Below, piece by piece: positions 36,939 through 46,183 of a DNA stretch of 64,000 nt (position 1 is its first letter; every line of letters starts with the position of its first letter). The position numbers and the translations under genes are program-made. The stretch covers positions 1-64,000 of the IMG/VR virus record IMGVR_UViG_3300028569_002417. One strand, 5' to 3'. The notes under the pieces are model-generated. The model was not told where the DNA came from. It saw only the letters and a program-made list of their open reading frames with translations, and did not search any database.

Positions 36939-37519
36939 TCTTTTTCTGGAAGTTTAGCTGGAGGCAATTCATAGAAAATATAATCTTGCTCTTGGCTTAG
37001 GCTTCCATATCCTTTGCCTTTCTTTTCACCATTTTTACCATCTTTTCCATTTCCTTTTTCGCCACCTTCTCCAGATTTTTCTCCTCTAACACCTTTTCCT
37101 TGTGCCATTTGTTTCATAACTTTTGTAAGTTTTTCATGCATATCTTCAGAATATGGAAGTTTATAGACTCTAGGCTGATTGATATTTTTATTTTTTGAGA
37201 AAGGGAATATACTATCTTCTTTATTTGATTCTACATCTTCAGTTGCCCAAATAAGAATTGCGCCTTTTTGATTTACATCATTTTTTGATGGTTCTTTAAC
37301 AAGAGCCCAATGCATTAGAAACTTTTCTGGTAGAGCTTGATCAACAGGCCAGCCAGCAAGTCCGCTAAGTGCAGCCCACATTCCTATGCTGAAATAAAGA
37401 GTCAGCGCAACAACAATAGCTTTAGCCCACCAATATCCTCTTCCTAATATAATGAACCAAAGACTAATTGAAATAATAATAATGAATGTTAAAGGAATGC
37501 CGATAGAATTTATGTCCAT
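36935..37519 (-). CDS. membrane protein associated with the ExbB/ExbD-like pair
   Basis: two N-terminal TM helices, GWP, PRVYKLPYS. Confidence 0.7.
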   Translation of the reverse strand: MDINSIGIPLTFIIIISISLWFIILGRGYWWAKAIVVALTLYFSIGMWAALSGLAGWPVDQALPEKFLMHWALVKEPSKNDVNQKGAILIWATEDVESNKEDSIFPFSKNKNINQPRVYKLPYSEDMHEKLTKVMKQMAQGKGVRGEKSGEGGEKGNGKDGKNGEKKGKGYGSLSQEQDYIFYELPPAKLPEKD

Positions 37520-37526
37520 TTTATCC

Positions 37527-38159
37527 TCATGGTGCTGAAGGAACTTCAAAATTATGTCCATGCTTGCCAATCATTTTTCTCTGAATTGTATTTGATGATT
37601 CTATTTGACCATCTTTATTTAATTTGAATCTAATGATTGTTTTTTCTTCTCCTTGTGAATCCAAAGTGATTTGATTTATCATCAGAGTTTTCATTGAAGG
37701 ATTAATTTTATCTATCTGAACAGTTACAGGGCATGGTCTTTTATCATTCATTTTATAAGCATGTGCGTTGACGCAATATTCACCTGTGTGGAATCCACGA
37801 AAAGTAACGATCTCACGATTGTATGGATATTTAACAATTCCTTGTGGAGTTTCAACAGTATCATTTCTGAATCCAAGATCGTCACGATCAAGGTGCATCA
37901 ATCCTGATTCACGACTTCGGAAAAAGACTAAATTTCCGTTAGGATCTTCAATATACAAATCTATGTCATTATCCATGTCATCAGGCCAACTCATTGTTAC
38001 TATGAATTCAGCTTTGACTTCAACGCTTGATTTGCTGATGTCTTTATTTTGATTGATCATGGCGAAAGCTAGCACGAAAAGCGCAGCAAATGCCAAAAGC
38101 ATATTGAAAAGAAGGTCAAGGAATGATGTATTGCAACTATAAAGTTTTTTATTTCTCAT
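37527..38159 (-). CDS. ExbD/MotB-like single-pass membrane protein
   Basis: TM helix with conserved Asp (SFLDLLFNMLL), W...NDIDL...HLDRDDLG. Confidence 0.75.
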   Translation of the reverse strand: MRNKKLYSCNTSFLDLLFNMLLAFAALFVLAFAMINQNKDISKSSVEVKAEFIVTMSWPDDMDNDIDLYIEDPNGNLVFFRSRESGLMHLDRDDLGFRNDTVETPQGIVKYPYNREIVTFRGFHTGEYCVNAHAYKMNDKRPCPVTVQIDKINPSMKTLMINQITLDSQGEEKTIIRFKLNKDGQIESSNTIQRKMIGKHGHNFEVPSAP

Positions 38160-38673
38160 CCTGATTCCAATTTTTTATTTGAGGTTCGAGTTTATTGAGT
38201 TGTTGACTCATTATGAAAGCTTCCATTTTCAGCAATTGGCCGCACATCAGACCAACTAGTGTGGTGTAAAGTGCTGTGGCCATACTTTTGCCAAGTTCTG
38301 AAAGCAATCCTTGTATGGTTTGCTGATTAGAAACATCAAGTTTCTCGAATCCAGATAACATCATGACGAATCCAATAATGGTTCCAAGCATTCCTAGATT
38401 TAGGCACAACTCGCTTACGAACCAAATATTTTCTTCTTTTCTTGAAAAATGATCATATTTTTCCTGATCGATTGATTTGATTTTTTCAATACTAAAAATG
38501 TATTTTCCGCATTGAATGCTTGTGATGAAAAATATAATTAGAGTTGTTAGGCTCAAATAGCTAGCATCTTTTTCCCACAACAATTTTATAAAACCCAAAT
38601 AGGCGGCAAATATCGTTGCCACCACTACGAGGGTGAACATGAACCACCATTTAAGGAAAGCTTCAAATTTCAT
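38149..38673 (-). CDS. MotA/TolQ/ExbB proton channel family protein
   Basis: LGMLGTIIGF...MATALYTTLVGL. Confidence 0.88.
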   Translation of the reverse strand: MKFEAFLKWWFMFTLVVVATIFAAYLGFIKLLWEKDASYLSLTTLIIFFITSIQCGKYIFSIEKIKSIDQEKYDHFSRKEENIWFVSELCLNLGMLGTIIGFVMMLSGFEKLDVSNQQTIQGLLSELGKSMATALYTTLVGLMCGQLLKMEAFIMSQQLNKLEPQIKNWNQDEK

Positions 38674-39175
38674 CTGTCACCTTTTTAATTTTGAGTAATC
38701 TGATCTTTTCTTTCAGAAAAGCGGCTTTTTCATAATCTTCAACTACAACTGCTTCTTTGATTCTTTTCTCTAAATTGTTTATTTCATCTTCGACATTAAT
38801 TGATTTTTCTTCAGCGATGAAATTTTTAGGATTTTTGCCAATATGCTTTGTGCCAATCTGACACCTTTCGATCATGAATAAAACATATTTTCTAAAAGTT
38901 TCGTAGCATTGATCGCACCCGAATCTTGATTTTTCAAGAAGATCTTCATATGTAGCGCAACATTGATTGCATTTTTTAGAACTGCGGTGTTTAGCAGCAA
39001 CATTTTCTATAACATCCATTAGTATTTCTAATTTGGATTTAGCTTTTTTGTCAAATTCATAGTAAGCACATTTTTCGCAAACATTTTTTTGTACAGTTTC
39101 TGCGCCTTCCGTTTGCGAAATTGAAAAGGACTTGCTATTGGGGCAAGGAATGTTGGTTAGTGGGCAATTTTCCAT
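38663..39175 (-). CDS. mcsA: McsA-like protein (UvrB/UvrC motif)
   Basis: CxxC motifs, RFGCDQCYETF, HIGKNP, EDYEKAAFLKEKI. Confidence 0.8.
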   Translation of the reverse strand: MENCPLTNIPCPNSKSFSISQTEGAETVQKNVCEKCAYYEFDKKAKSKLEILMDVIENVAAKHRSSKKCNQCCATYEDLLEKSRFGCDQCYETFRKYVLFMIERCQIGTKHIGKNPKNFIAEEKSINVEDEINNLEKRIKEAVVVEDYEKAAFLKEKIRLLKIKKVTDEI

Positions 39176-39179
39176 TATG

Positions 39180-39704
39180 CTAATCCTTCTTTCCTTCTGC
39201 CAAGTGAAGTTCTTTCAACTTACGCCTGATCATCTTCTTTTCGTCTTCAGTTATTTCGCTCTTGAACTCCATTAACATTTTATCAGAAAAAGAAGCAAAT
39301 TGCGAAGTAAATTTTTTCCTAACTGACAAAAGTTCTTCTGCGTATTTCTTCACATCTTCTTTTTTAGCTATATTTGGATTTTCAGATGCATACTCTTTTT
39401 GATCAAATTTTTTCAGTTCCTCTTCCCAAGCCTTCTGCAATTTAACAGATTCTTGGCTCAATTGTTGAGCCAAGACAAACACGAATGTTGATTTGTGAAG
39501 AGGAGCAAAATCTTTGAATTTTTTTATTTCTCTTGTTTTTTTATTTGTTACTTCAATTTCATTCCAGTATTCTTCTGTGAAAACTTTAGAACTGAAATTC
39601 TTGTAAACATCAATTGCGTCCTTGTAATTTTGATGAGTAGCTCTTGCTTTATCAGGTTCTTGGAAACCAGAAAGAGCAAGCAAGACACAAAGAATGCTTA
39701 TCAT
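39180..39704 (-). CDS. secreted helical protein
   Basis: N-terminal signal-like segment. Confidence 0.65.
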   Translation of the reverse strand: MISILCVLLALSGFQEPDKARATHQNYKDAIDVYKNFSSKVFTEEYWNEIEVTNKKTREIKKFKDFAPLHKSTFVFVLAQQLSQESVKLQKAWEEELKKFDQKEYASENPNIAKKEDVKKYAEELLSVRKKFTSQFASFSDKMLMEFKSEITEDEKKMIRRKLKELHLAEGKKD

Positions 39705-39713
39705 TATAAACCT

Positions 39714-40538
39714 TTACATTAAAACAGCATTGCCTTTTATCTTCAAAGTAAATCCATCATTTTCAACAGCAGAAGTGTTGGCGGGGACAACTCTTTTAAC
39801 CCAAACTGGGATTATATCAAGTGATTTCAATTCTTCAATTGCATAGACGCTATCTGAAAATAAAACGCTTGTTGGCGCAATTGTTTCAAAGTCTATAGGA
39901 TCGGCTTCTCTGTTGATAGGACTACCATCAACGCTTTTTATAAAAGAAGCAACAGGTTCTGATCCAGTATAAGTTAAATTATTCGCATTTTCTGATAAGA
40001 TTTCATGATATCGATTTGCTGATCCACCAAGAAAATTAATTTCAAAGACTACAGATCCAAGGCTTAGACTTCCAGAAACAGTAACGTCTTCAAGACCACC
40101 TATTGCGTTTATAGCAGTTTGGAAATTAGAAGAAAATACTGATACATCTGAATCATAAGAAAATGTAAAGTTATGTGTTGATGTATCGGTATAAGTGAGT
40201 GTTAATGTTCCTCCAGTAATACTATCGGAATTACTTATATTGACATATTGTCTGTCATTTTGAGTTAAAAATCCAAGCTGTACATGAACAGTGCCGGGAG
40301 TTTCATATGAAATATAAATTGTTGCATTGTAAAGACTATCTGTTAGATTATCGTTCGTAATATAAATACATCTATAATCAGTCGATCCAGAACTAGACTG
40401 TGCTGCTGTAACATTATCAAATAGCAAATTATTTGTTACTTGATAAATTGATGGCGTTCCTCCCAATGATAAATTTTGATTGGAGTTTGAAGCTCCACCA
40501 GAGTATAAGTATTTTATGTCACTAATGGCGATGGTCAT
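39714..40538 (-). CDS. virion structural protein
   Basis: LYSGG..N...SLGG, LFDNVT, DYRCIYI.N, VWVKRVVPA pattern of tail/baseplate-associated proteins. Confidence 0.65.
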   Translation of the reverse strand: MTIAISDIKYLYSGGASNSNQNLSLGGTPSIYQVTNNLLFDNVTAAQSSSGSTDYRCIYITNDNLTDSLYNATIYISYETPGTVHVQLGFLTQNDRQYVNISNSDSITGGTLTLTYTDTSTHNFTFSYDSDVSVFSSNFQTAINAIGGLEDVTVSGSLSLGSVVFEINFLGGSANRYHEILSENANNLTYTGSEPVASFIKSVDGSPINREADPIDFETIAPTSVLFSDSVYAIEELKSLDIIPVWVKRVVPANTSAVENDGFTLKIKGNAVLM

Positions 40539-40617
40539 TTAGATCCTCATTTTCATGGCAATTATACCAATGCCTGAAATTATTTAGGTACAATTGGTTA
40601 TATTTTCAACAGAGTGG

Positions 40618-40687
40618 TTGATTACATCTTCTTGAATACTTAAAATTAAGTATACTTTTGAAATCCGTCCTCCGTTGACGGGCGGAA
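40618..40687 (+). promoter_or_regulatory. sigma70-type promoter plus 5' leader hairpin
   Basis: TTGATT-17-TAAAAT, then aatccgtcctccgttgacggg. Confidence 0.55.
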
Positions 40688-40696
40688 TGGTGATCA

Positions 40697-41524
40697 ATGC
40701 ATCGAAAAGAACGCAATAATCGTCGTTCAGAAGATGTTCTCCCTAAAGGGGCGAATAGAAAGAATATTGTTTGGCCTGATTTTCAAAAAAAGGGCAGATT
40801 CCTTCAGATTTACAACAAAGGTTTAGAGTTTTCCATTCTTTCTGACAAGTACGAACAGTGTCATCCTTTTGTTTGGTGTAAAGATTTTCTTCATGATGTT
40901 GTTCATTCTTCAATTAACAATAAACCTTTTGAAATTTATAGATTTAATTATAATCCAGAAATAAATCCAAGACCTTGTCTTAAGCAGGCAAGAATTTTAA
41001 TTGCTAATTCTCGTGATTCAAAAATTGAAAAAAAGATACCGGCTTGTCTTGATTTTATCAATCAGATTGAAGACAAGCTAAAGATTCCTCGAACCAAGGT
41101 TCGCAAGTGTATAAACCCTACTCCAGAATATGCCAAGAATGGTGTTTATATCTTTCAGGGTCATAAGCGTTGGTTATTTGCCCCTCCAATGCTTTCCCTT
41201 TACACTTTATTGATAAGAGTTGGATTCGCACATTTCAAAGGACAGGAATATGGAACTACAATCAAAGGATTGAAACAAGGTTTAATAAAACCATATCAAA
41301 CGAAAGACTGTCGTTGGATTTTGGAAGTTGAACCTGCTTTACACAAGATTATCAGATTCGGTGACAAAAAAATATTCTACAGGGATATGAAATTAAATTA
41401 TCCTGCCTCGATGGCTACGGACGTGATGCACAGCCGAATGGGAATAGTTGGCTTTGCAACTGACATGATTGCTAAGAATGCTGGTCAATCAACGATCATG
41501 CCTTATTGGCACATCTATAAGTAA
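40697..41524 (+). CDS. hypothetical protein
   Basis: 275-aa ORF heading an early-type operon. Confidence 0.75.
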   Translation: MHRKERNNRRSEDVLPKGANRKNIVWPDFQKKGRFLQIYNKGLEFSILSDKYEQCHPFVWCKDFLHDVVHSSINNKPFEIYRFNYNPEINPRPCLKQARILIANSRDSKIEKKIPACLDFINQIEDKLKIPRTKVRKCINPTPEYAKNGVYIFQGHKRWLFAPPMLSLYTLLIRVGFAHFKGQEYGTTIKGLKQGLIKPYQTKDCRWILEVEPALHKIIRFGDKKIFYRDMKLNYPASMATDVMHSRMGIVGFATDMIAKNAGQSTIMPYWHIYK

Positions 41525-41543
41525 CCTTTTTTGGAGGCTTGAT

Positions 41544-42461
41544 ATGGAATTTACATTTGGAACCGATCCTGAATTCATGATTTCTCGTTGGGAAGATTTG
41601 CAAAGTTCAATATCATTACTTCCCAAGAAAGAACAAGCATTAGTTCGTAATGGTAGTAGTTTTTACTACGACAATGTGCTTGCTGAAATTGCAGTAAAAC
41701 CCGGAAAGACAAAAGAAGAAGTTTGTAATAATATCAAACAAGCACTTCAAAACCTTGCGAAACTTGTTAAACCATCAAGATTTGTGATTCAGGCTTCAGC
41801 TAAATATCCTGCAAAACAATTAATTGACAAAGATGCAAAGATTGCAGGTTGCAATCCAGAATGGAATGCTTACACACTTCGCTGTGTTCTTCCTCCAGAA
41901 GAGATTATTTCTAAAACACCATTCAGAACAGCAGGTGGTCACATTCATGTTGGTTCTGAAGGTCTTGATGATCCAATTAAGGCTTTTGATGTGATCCGCA
42001 TGATGGATCTATTCATTGGTATTCCTTCTCTTTTCATGGACACTGATCCAACTAGTAAGGAAAGACGCAAGATCTATGGTCACGCTGGTAGCCATCGTGC
42101 TACAGATTATGGATTTGAGTATCGAAGTCTTGGCAATTTCTGGTTTGCCAGTCCTGATCATGTTTCGTTGATTTACGATCTAACCGAATTCGTTCTTCAA
42201 TTTGTTGCAGATGAAAACCATAAAAAGTTTTGGTCTGTTAATGAAAAACTGTTGCAAAGTAGTGATCCTAGTCGTGCTTACACATGTTCAGGATATGATG
42301 TGAAAGCAATATGCAAGGCAATTAACACTTGCGATAAAAAGCAAGCTGAAAAATTCATGCTTTTTATTCACAATTATCTGTCAGATGATCTTGCTAGTAG
42401 GATTGAAAAGCTTTCAAATAAAGATCTTCCAGATCCATATGAGTCTTGGGGCATCGTGTAA
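41544..42461 (+). CDS. phiEco32-like COOH-NH2 ligase type 2
   Basis: FGTDPEF, DNVLAE, GCNP, RTAGGHIHVG, RRKIYG.AG, YGFEYRSLGNFW. Confidence 0.9.
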   Translation: MEFTFGTDPEFMISRWEDLQSSISLLPKKEQALVRNGSSFYYDNVLAEIAVKPGKTKEEVCNNIKQALQNLAKLVKPSRFVIQASAKYPAKQLIDKDAKIAGCNPEWNAYTLRCVLPPEEIISKTPFRTAGGHIHVGSEGLDDPIKAFDVIRMMDLFIGIPSLFMDTDPTSKERRKIYGHAGSHRATDYGFEYRSLGNFWFASPDHVSLIYDLTEFVLQFVADENHKKFWSVNEKLLQSSDPSRAYTCSGYDVKAICKAINTCDKKQAEKFMLFIHNYLSDDLASRIEKLSNKDLPDPYESWGIV

Positions 42462-43087
42462 TGATTGAAAATTGCATAATTAGCCACTCCCGAAATGGAA
42501 TTGACAAGCCAACACATGCAATTTTTTTATTGCATGGAAGGGGAGGAAGCGCCGAAAATATGCTTGGCGTTTTCAATCCACTTGTCGAATTAAATAAACT
42601 AATTATTTTTTCAATACAAGCTAAAAATGAGTGGTATCCAATTCCAAATGGAGCCAACGATCAAGACGAAGCTGTTTCTGGTCTTTTTGAAAATCTACCG
42701 CAAATTCGTGAATATATTCATAATGCCATAAAAGAAAATAACATACCAGTCCAAAACACTGTACTCATAGGATTTTCAGCAGGAGCAGTGGTTGCCATAG
42801 AACTAGCAATTCATTTTCAAGAATCATATGGATTGGTTGTCGCTCATAGCGGAGCTATACTTTGTCCAGAAAATGTTAAAAAATCGACAATATCAACATC
42901 ATTTATTGTTTTGCATAATCATGATGACGCATGCTTTAGTTGGGGAGAAAGATATATTCCAATGCACAATGCGTTTATTGAAAATGGATATGATGTTATT
43001 TTTGTTGAAAGAAGTTTTGGCAATCACATGATATTCAAAAATGATATTGACTATATCAGTCTGATTGTCTCTCAATATCTTTCCTGA
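42461..43087 (+). CDS. phospholipase/carboxylesterase (alpha/beta hydrolase)
   Basis: LLHGRGG, IGFSAGA, D and GNH triad candidates. Confidence 0.85.
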   Translation: MIENCIISHSRNGIDKPTHAIFLLHGRGGSAENMLGVFNPLVELNKLIIFSIQAKNEWYPIPNGANDQDEAVSGLFENLPQIREYIHNAIKENNIPVQNTVLIGFSAGAVVAIELAIHFQESYGLVVAHSGAILCPENVKKSTISTSFIVLHNHDDACFSWGERYIPMHNAFIENGYDVIFVERSFGNHMIFKNDIDYISLIVSQYLS

Positions 43088-43766
43088 TTTGACGACAGTC
43101 ATTTCTTATGTCTATTTTGCGACAATTCCTGCACATCCAAAGAAGACCATATTGCCTAAAAGCTCTGACCTCAAGTATGAGTCTTGTTTTGTGCATAGGA
43201 TATTTTTTAGAACATGTCTTGCAAATAGTTTTTGTGATTCCTTCACGATCTTTTGGTTTTGGAGGATGTGATTTTTGTTTTTTTGGTCTTAATCTTTTAT
43301 TTTGAAAATAAAACTTTTGAAGTTCTTCTGGCATTGGAGGAACTGGAAAACAGCTTCCTGTCAACCATTGATACTTACTTCCATCTTTATGTGTGCTTGG
43401 AGGAACAACTGATTGATGCAAATTTCCACGAAATTCAATTCCATGAAATACAAATCTAGTTAATTCTGGATCAGGATTTATAAAAAGATTATGTGTTGAT
43501 TTAGAGCTTCTAAAACTTGGTCTTTTGCATCCATCTATCATTCTTTCCAAAAGATCATTTGCTTCTTCAGAATCACCTTCTACATCAATAATTTTTCCAA
43601 GTAAAATACCCATGTTATAATCATTTGTTTGGAAGTATGGCCTCCATTTTTCAACACTCCAATCTTTATTCCAGCCTGCTTTCACAGGACATTTTTCTTT
43701 TTGATAAATTGCTATTGGTTTAAGTCCCAATTCAACATATTTATCGAAAAAATCAATTAAGTTCAT
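43056..43766 (-). CDS. bifunctional primase/polymerase N-terminal domain protein with C-terminal Zn ribbon
   Basis: K.P...GW, NMGILLG.IIDVE, H, VVPPSTH..G..YQW; CxxC pairs. Confidence 0.8.
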   Translation of the reverse strand: MNLIDFFDKYVELGLKPIAIYQKEKCPVKAGWNKDWSVEKWRPYFQTNDYNMGILLGKIIDVEGDSEEANDLLERMIDGCKRPSFRSSKSTHNLFINPDPELTRFVFHGIEFRGNLHQSVVPPSTHKDGSKYQWLTGSCFPVPPMPEELQKFYFQNKRLRPKKQKSHPPKPKDREGITKTICKTCSKKYPMHKTRLILEVRAFRQYGLLWMCRNCRKIDIRNDCRQIRKDIERQSD

Positions 43767-43908
43767 TTGTATGACTCTTGTAAAGCGACTATTATCTCAC
43801 GATATGTAAGTCGTTCAATGTTTTTGCCGTGTTTTTGAGCCCAAGATATGAGCTTCAACAACAAGCTGTTAGACTTCTTTACTCTATTGTTTGAAAGGGG
43901 AAAAGACA

Positions 43909-44814
43909 ATGAAGACTGTAGCATTGGTCACCGGAGCAACAGGTTTTGTTGGATATCACTTATGCAAGTGGCTATACGAAAACGATTACCATGTTATAGC
44001 AAATGGCATCAATGGTGAAAATAAACCTTTATGCCATGATTTACATTTATCACCACTGAATCATTTGCCATTTGACAAGATGCCCAAGATTGATATCTGT
44101 TTCCATCAAGCTGCGAACAACGACACTACTGAAAGCAGCTATGAAAAAATGTATGAAACAAATGTCAGCCATTCATCTACACTATTTCGTAAACTTTTGC
44201 AAGAAAATAATTGTAAGAATTTCGTCTATGCTTCTAGCTGTTCAATCTATGGAGACAGGCCAATTCCTTTCAATGAAATTGAAACTGAGCCGAAGCCATT
44301 AAACCCATATGCAGTTTCAAAGTTGGAGTTTGAAAATTTCGCAAAGGATTTCGCAGCACTAAATGGAGTTAAAACAATTGGACTGCGATATACGAATGTT
44401 TATGGTCCTTTTGAATGTCATAAAGGCAAAAGGGCCAGCATGATAAGTCAGTTATTATCGAAAATTGAACAAGGAGAAAATCCTATTCTTTTCAAGAATG
44501 GCGAACAAATGCGTGATTGGATTTATGTTGCAGATGTAGTAAAAGCAAATGTTCTTGCGAGCAAGGCCAATGCACAAGGCATATACAATGTTGGATACAG
44601 TATACCATATTCATTTAATTCATTGGTCAGAATGATATGTGAAAAGTTAAACAAAAAAGTTGAAATTCAGTATGTTGATTGTCCATTCTTAGACAAATAT
44701 CAGTCTTGCACTTCCGTAGACATATCTAGATCCAGAATAGATTTAGGATTTATGCCTAGATGGTCAATAAGAGAAGTATTGCCAGAAATGATTCAACAAA
44801 AAAACCGCTCCTAG
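43909..44814 (+). CDS. ADP-L-glycero-D-manno-heptose 6-epimerase-like NAD-dependent epimerase
   Basis: VTGATGFVG, YASS, PLNPYAVSK, GLRYTNVYGP.E.HKGKRASMI, RDWIYV.D. Confidence 0.88.
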   Translation: MKTVALVTGATGFVGYHLCKWLYENDYHVIANGINGENKPLCHDLHLSPLNHLPFDKMPKIDICFHQAANNDTTESSYEKMYETNVSHSSTLFRKLLQENNCKNFVYASSCSIYGDRPIPFNEIETEPKPLNPYAVSKLEFENFAKDFAALNGVKTIGLRYTNVYGPFECHKGKRASMISQLLSKIEQGENPILFKNGEQMRDWIYVADVVKANVLASKANAQGIYNVGYSIPYSFNSLVRMICEKLNKKVEIQYVDCPFLDKYQSCTSVDISRSRIDLGFMPRWSIREVLPEMIQQKNRS

Positions 44815-44828
44815 AGGAACGGTTTTTT
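44799..44828. terminator. bidirectional terminator
   Basis: aaaaaaccgctcct-ag-aggaacggtttttt. Confidence 0.7.
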
Positions 44829-44857
44829 GAAAATTATTTTGATCTACGATAGTTAAC

Positions 44858-46105
44858 TTATTCTTTTCTTATTGCCTGATAAAGATTGTCTGTATCAACA
44901 GCTTTGAAGAGTGATTCGCATCCACTGCTAAATTTAGTTGATGGATCTCCTTCTCCAATCATGCCATTAACGCTCTTCCACCAATTTGTTTCTTCCTTGG
45001 TGACTTTTTCATTTTTACTATGATTTTTCTTGCCTGATTTTAAGTTGCGAAGTTTTTCAAAATCATGATGTGTGATCTTGCCATCTGACTTGCCTTTTGG
45101 GCCTGAAACATCCAACTTCTTTTGGCCACCCTTAAGCATTTTCTTCATCTTATTCATTTTGCCAGATCCTTCTTCATCTCCTCCTCCGCAACCCATCTTC
45201 TTTTTGTTATACATCATTTTCTTGCTATACATCATTTTCTTTTTGTTCTTCTTTTTGCCATAATGACGAGATTCTGTTTGCTCTTCGCCTTCATCGTCAT
45301 GGTCAAAACTTCTTTCGCCATCTTCGTCTTCGTCGCCATGGTGCATGTGCATTTTTTTATCTTCGTCTTCATCACCGTATTCGTCTTCGTCTTCATCACC
45401 ATCTTCGTCTTCGTCTTCATCACCATCTTCGTCTTCGTCTTCATCACCATCTTCGTCTTCGTCGCCATGGTGCATGTGCATTTCGCCATCTTCGTCTTCA
45501 TCACCGTATTCATCTTCGTCTTCGTCTTCGTCTTCGTCTTCATCGCCATGGTGAAGGCGCATTTCTCCATCTTCGTCTTCGTCTTCATCTTCATCGCCAT
45601 GGTGAAGGCGCATTTCTCCATCTTCATCGCCATCTTCATCTTCATCGCCACGGTGAAGGCGCATTTCGCCATCTTCGTCTTCGTCTTGATATTCTTGGCG
45701 AGGCATATCTTCATCTTCTTCCATTTCTGAGAAGATTTTTTGACCAGCCTTGATAATCTGTTCATTCTCACACATGCTACATTTTTGTTTGGCCATCTTG
45801 TGCATTATTTGACCACATTTGGAACAAACTGAAAGATCTTTTTTCTTCTTACCTTTTCTGCTCTTATGAGGCTTATGATCTTTTTCTTCAACATCGACAT
45901 CAACATCTGGCTCATCTTTTTTCTCTGCTGGTTCAACGAGATCAGAATCGCCTTTCATCTTCTTTTTCTTCTTTTTCTGCATAGCACCTGATTCGTCAAA
46001 ACCGAACTGTGACTGGATGCCAAGATTAGAATGCCTGCCCAAACCAAGATTGAAGCTTGGAAGAATAGATTCATTCATAATCTTCCAGTTTTTATAAGAT
46101 AGCAT
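44858..46105 (-). CDS. Asp/Glu-repeat putative head core/scaffold-like protein
   Basis: MLSYKNWKIMNES leader, long (D/E) tandem repeats with MRLHHG/MHMHHG, flanking Lys runs. Confidence 0.8.
   Translation of the reverse strand: MLSYKNWKIMNESILPSFNLGLGRHSNLGIQSQFGFDESGAMQKKKKKKMKGDSDLVEPAEKKDEPDVDVDVEEKDHKPHKSRKGKKKKDLSVCSKCGQIMHKMAKQKCSMCENEQIIKAGQKIFSEMEEDEDMPRQEYQDEDEDGEMRLHRGDEDEDGDEDGEMRLHHGDEDEDEDEDGEMRLHHGDEDEDEDEDEDEYGDEDEDGEMHMHHGDEDEDGDEDEDEDGDEDEDEDGDEDEDEYGDEDEDKKMHMHHGDEDEDGERSFDHDDEGEEQTESRHYGKKKNKKKMMYSKKMMYNKKKMGCGGGDEEGSGKMNKMKKMLKGGQKKLDVSGPKGKSDGKITHHDFEKLRNLKSGKKNHSKNEKVTKEETNWWKSVNGMIGEGDPSTKFSSGCESLFKAVDTDNLYQAIRKE
45300..45690. repeat. coding tandem repeats (tcttcgtcttca-type; GDEDEDEDG and EM(R/H)(L/M)HHG units)
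   Basis: directly visible. Confidence 0.9.
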
Positions 46106-46183
46106 GTTGTTCCTTTTGAAAGATTAAACACAACTGATGAAACTATATATGTGGAACATTTGCTTTTTTAATTAGGATTAATC

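Noticed and set aside
45072-45771. Hydrophobic FVFVF, poly-Ser and MKTKT ORFs
   Set aside because: Shadow frames of the acidic repeat gene 44858-46105.
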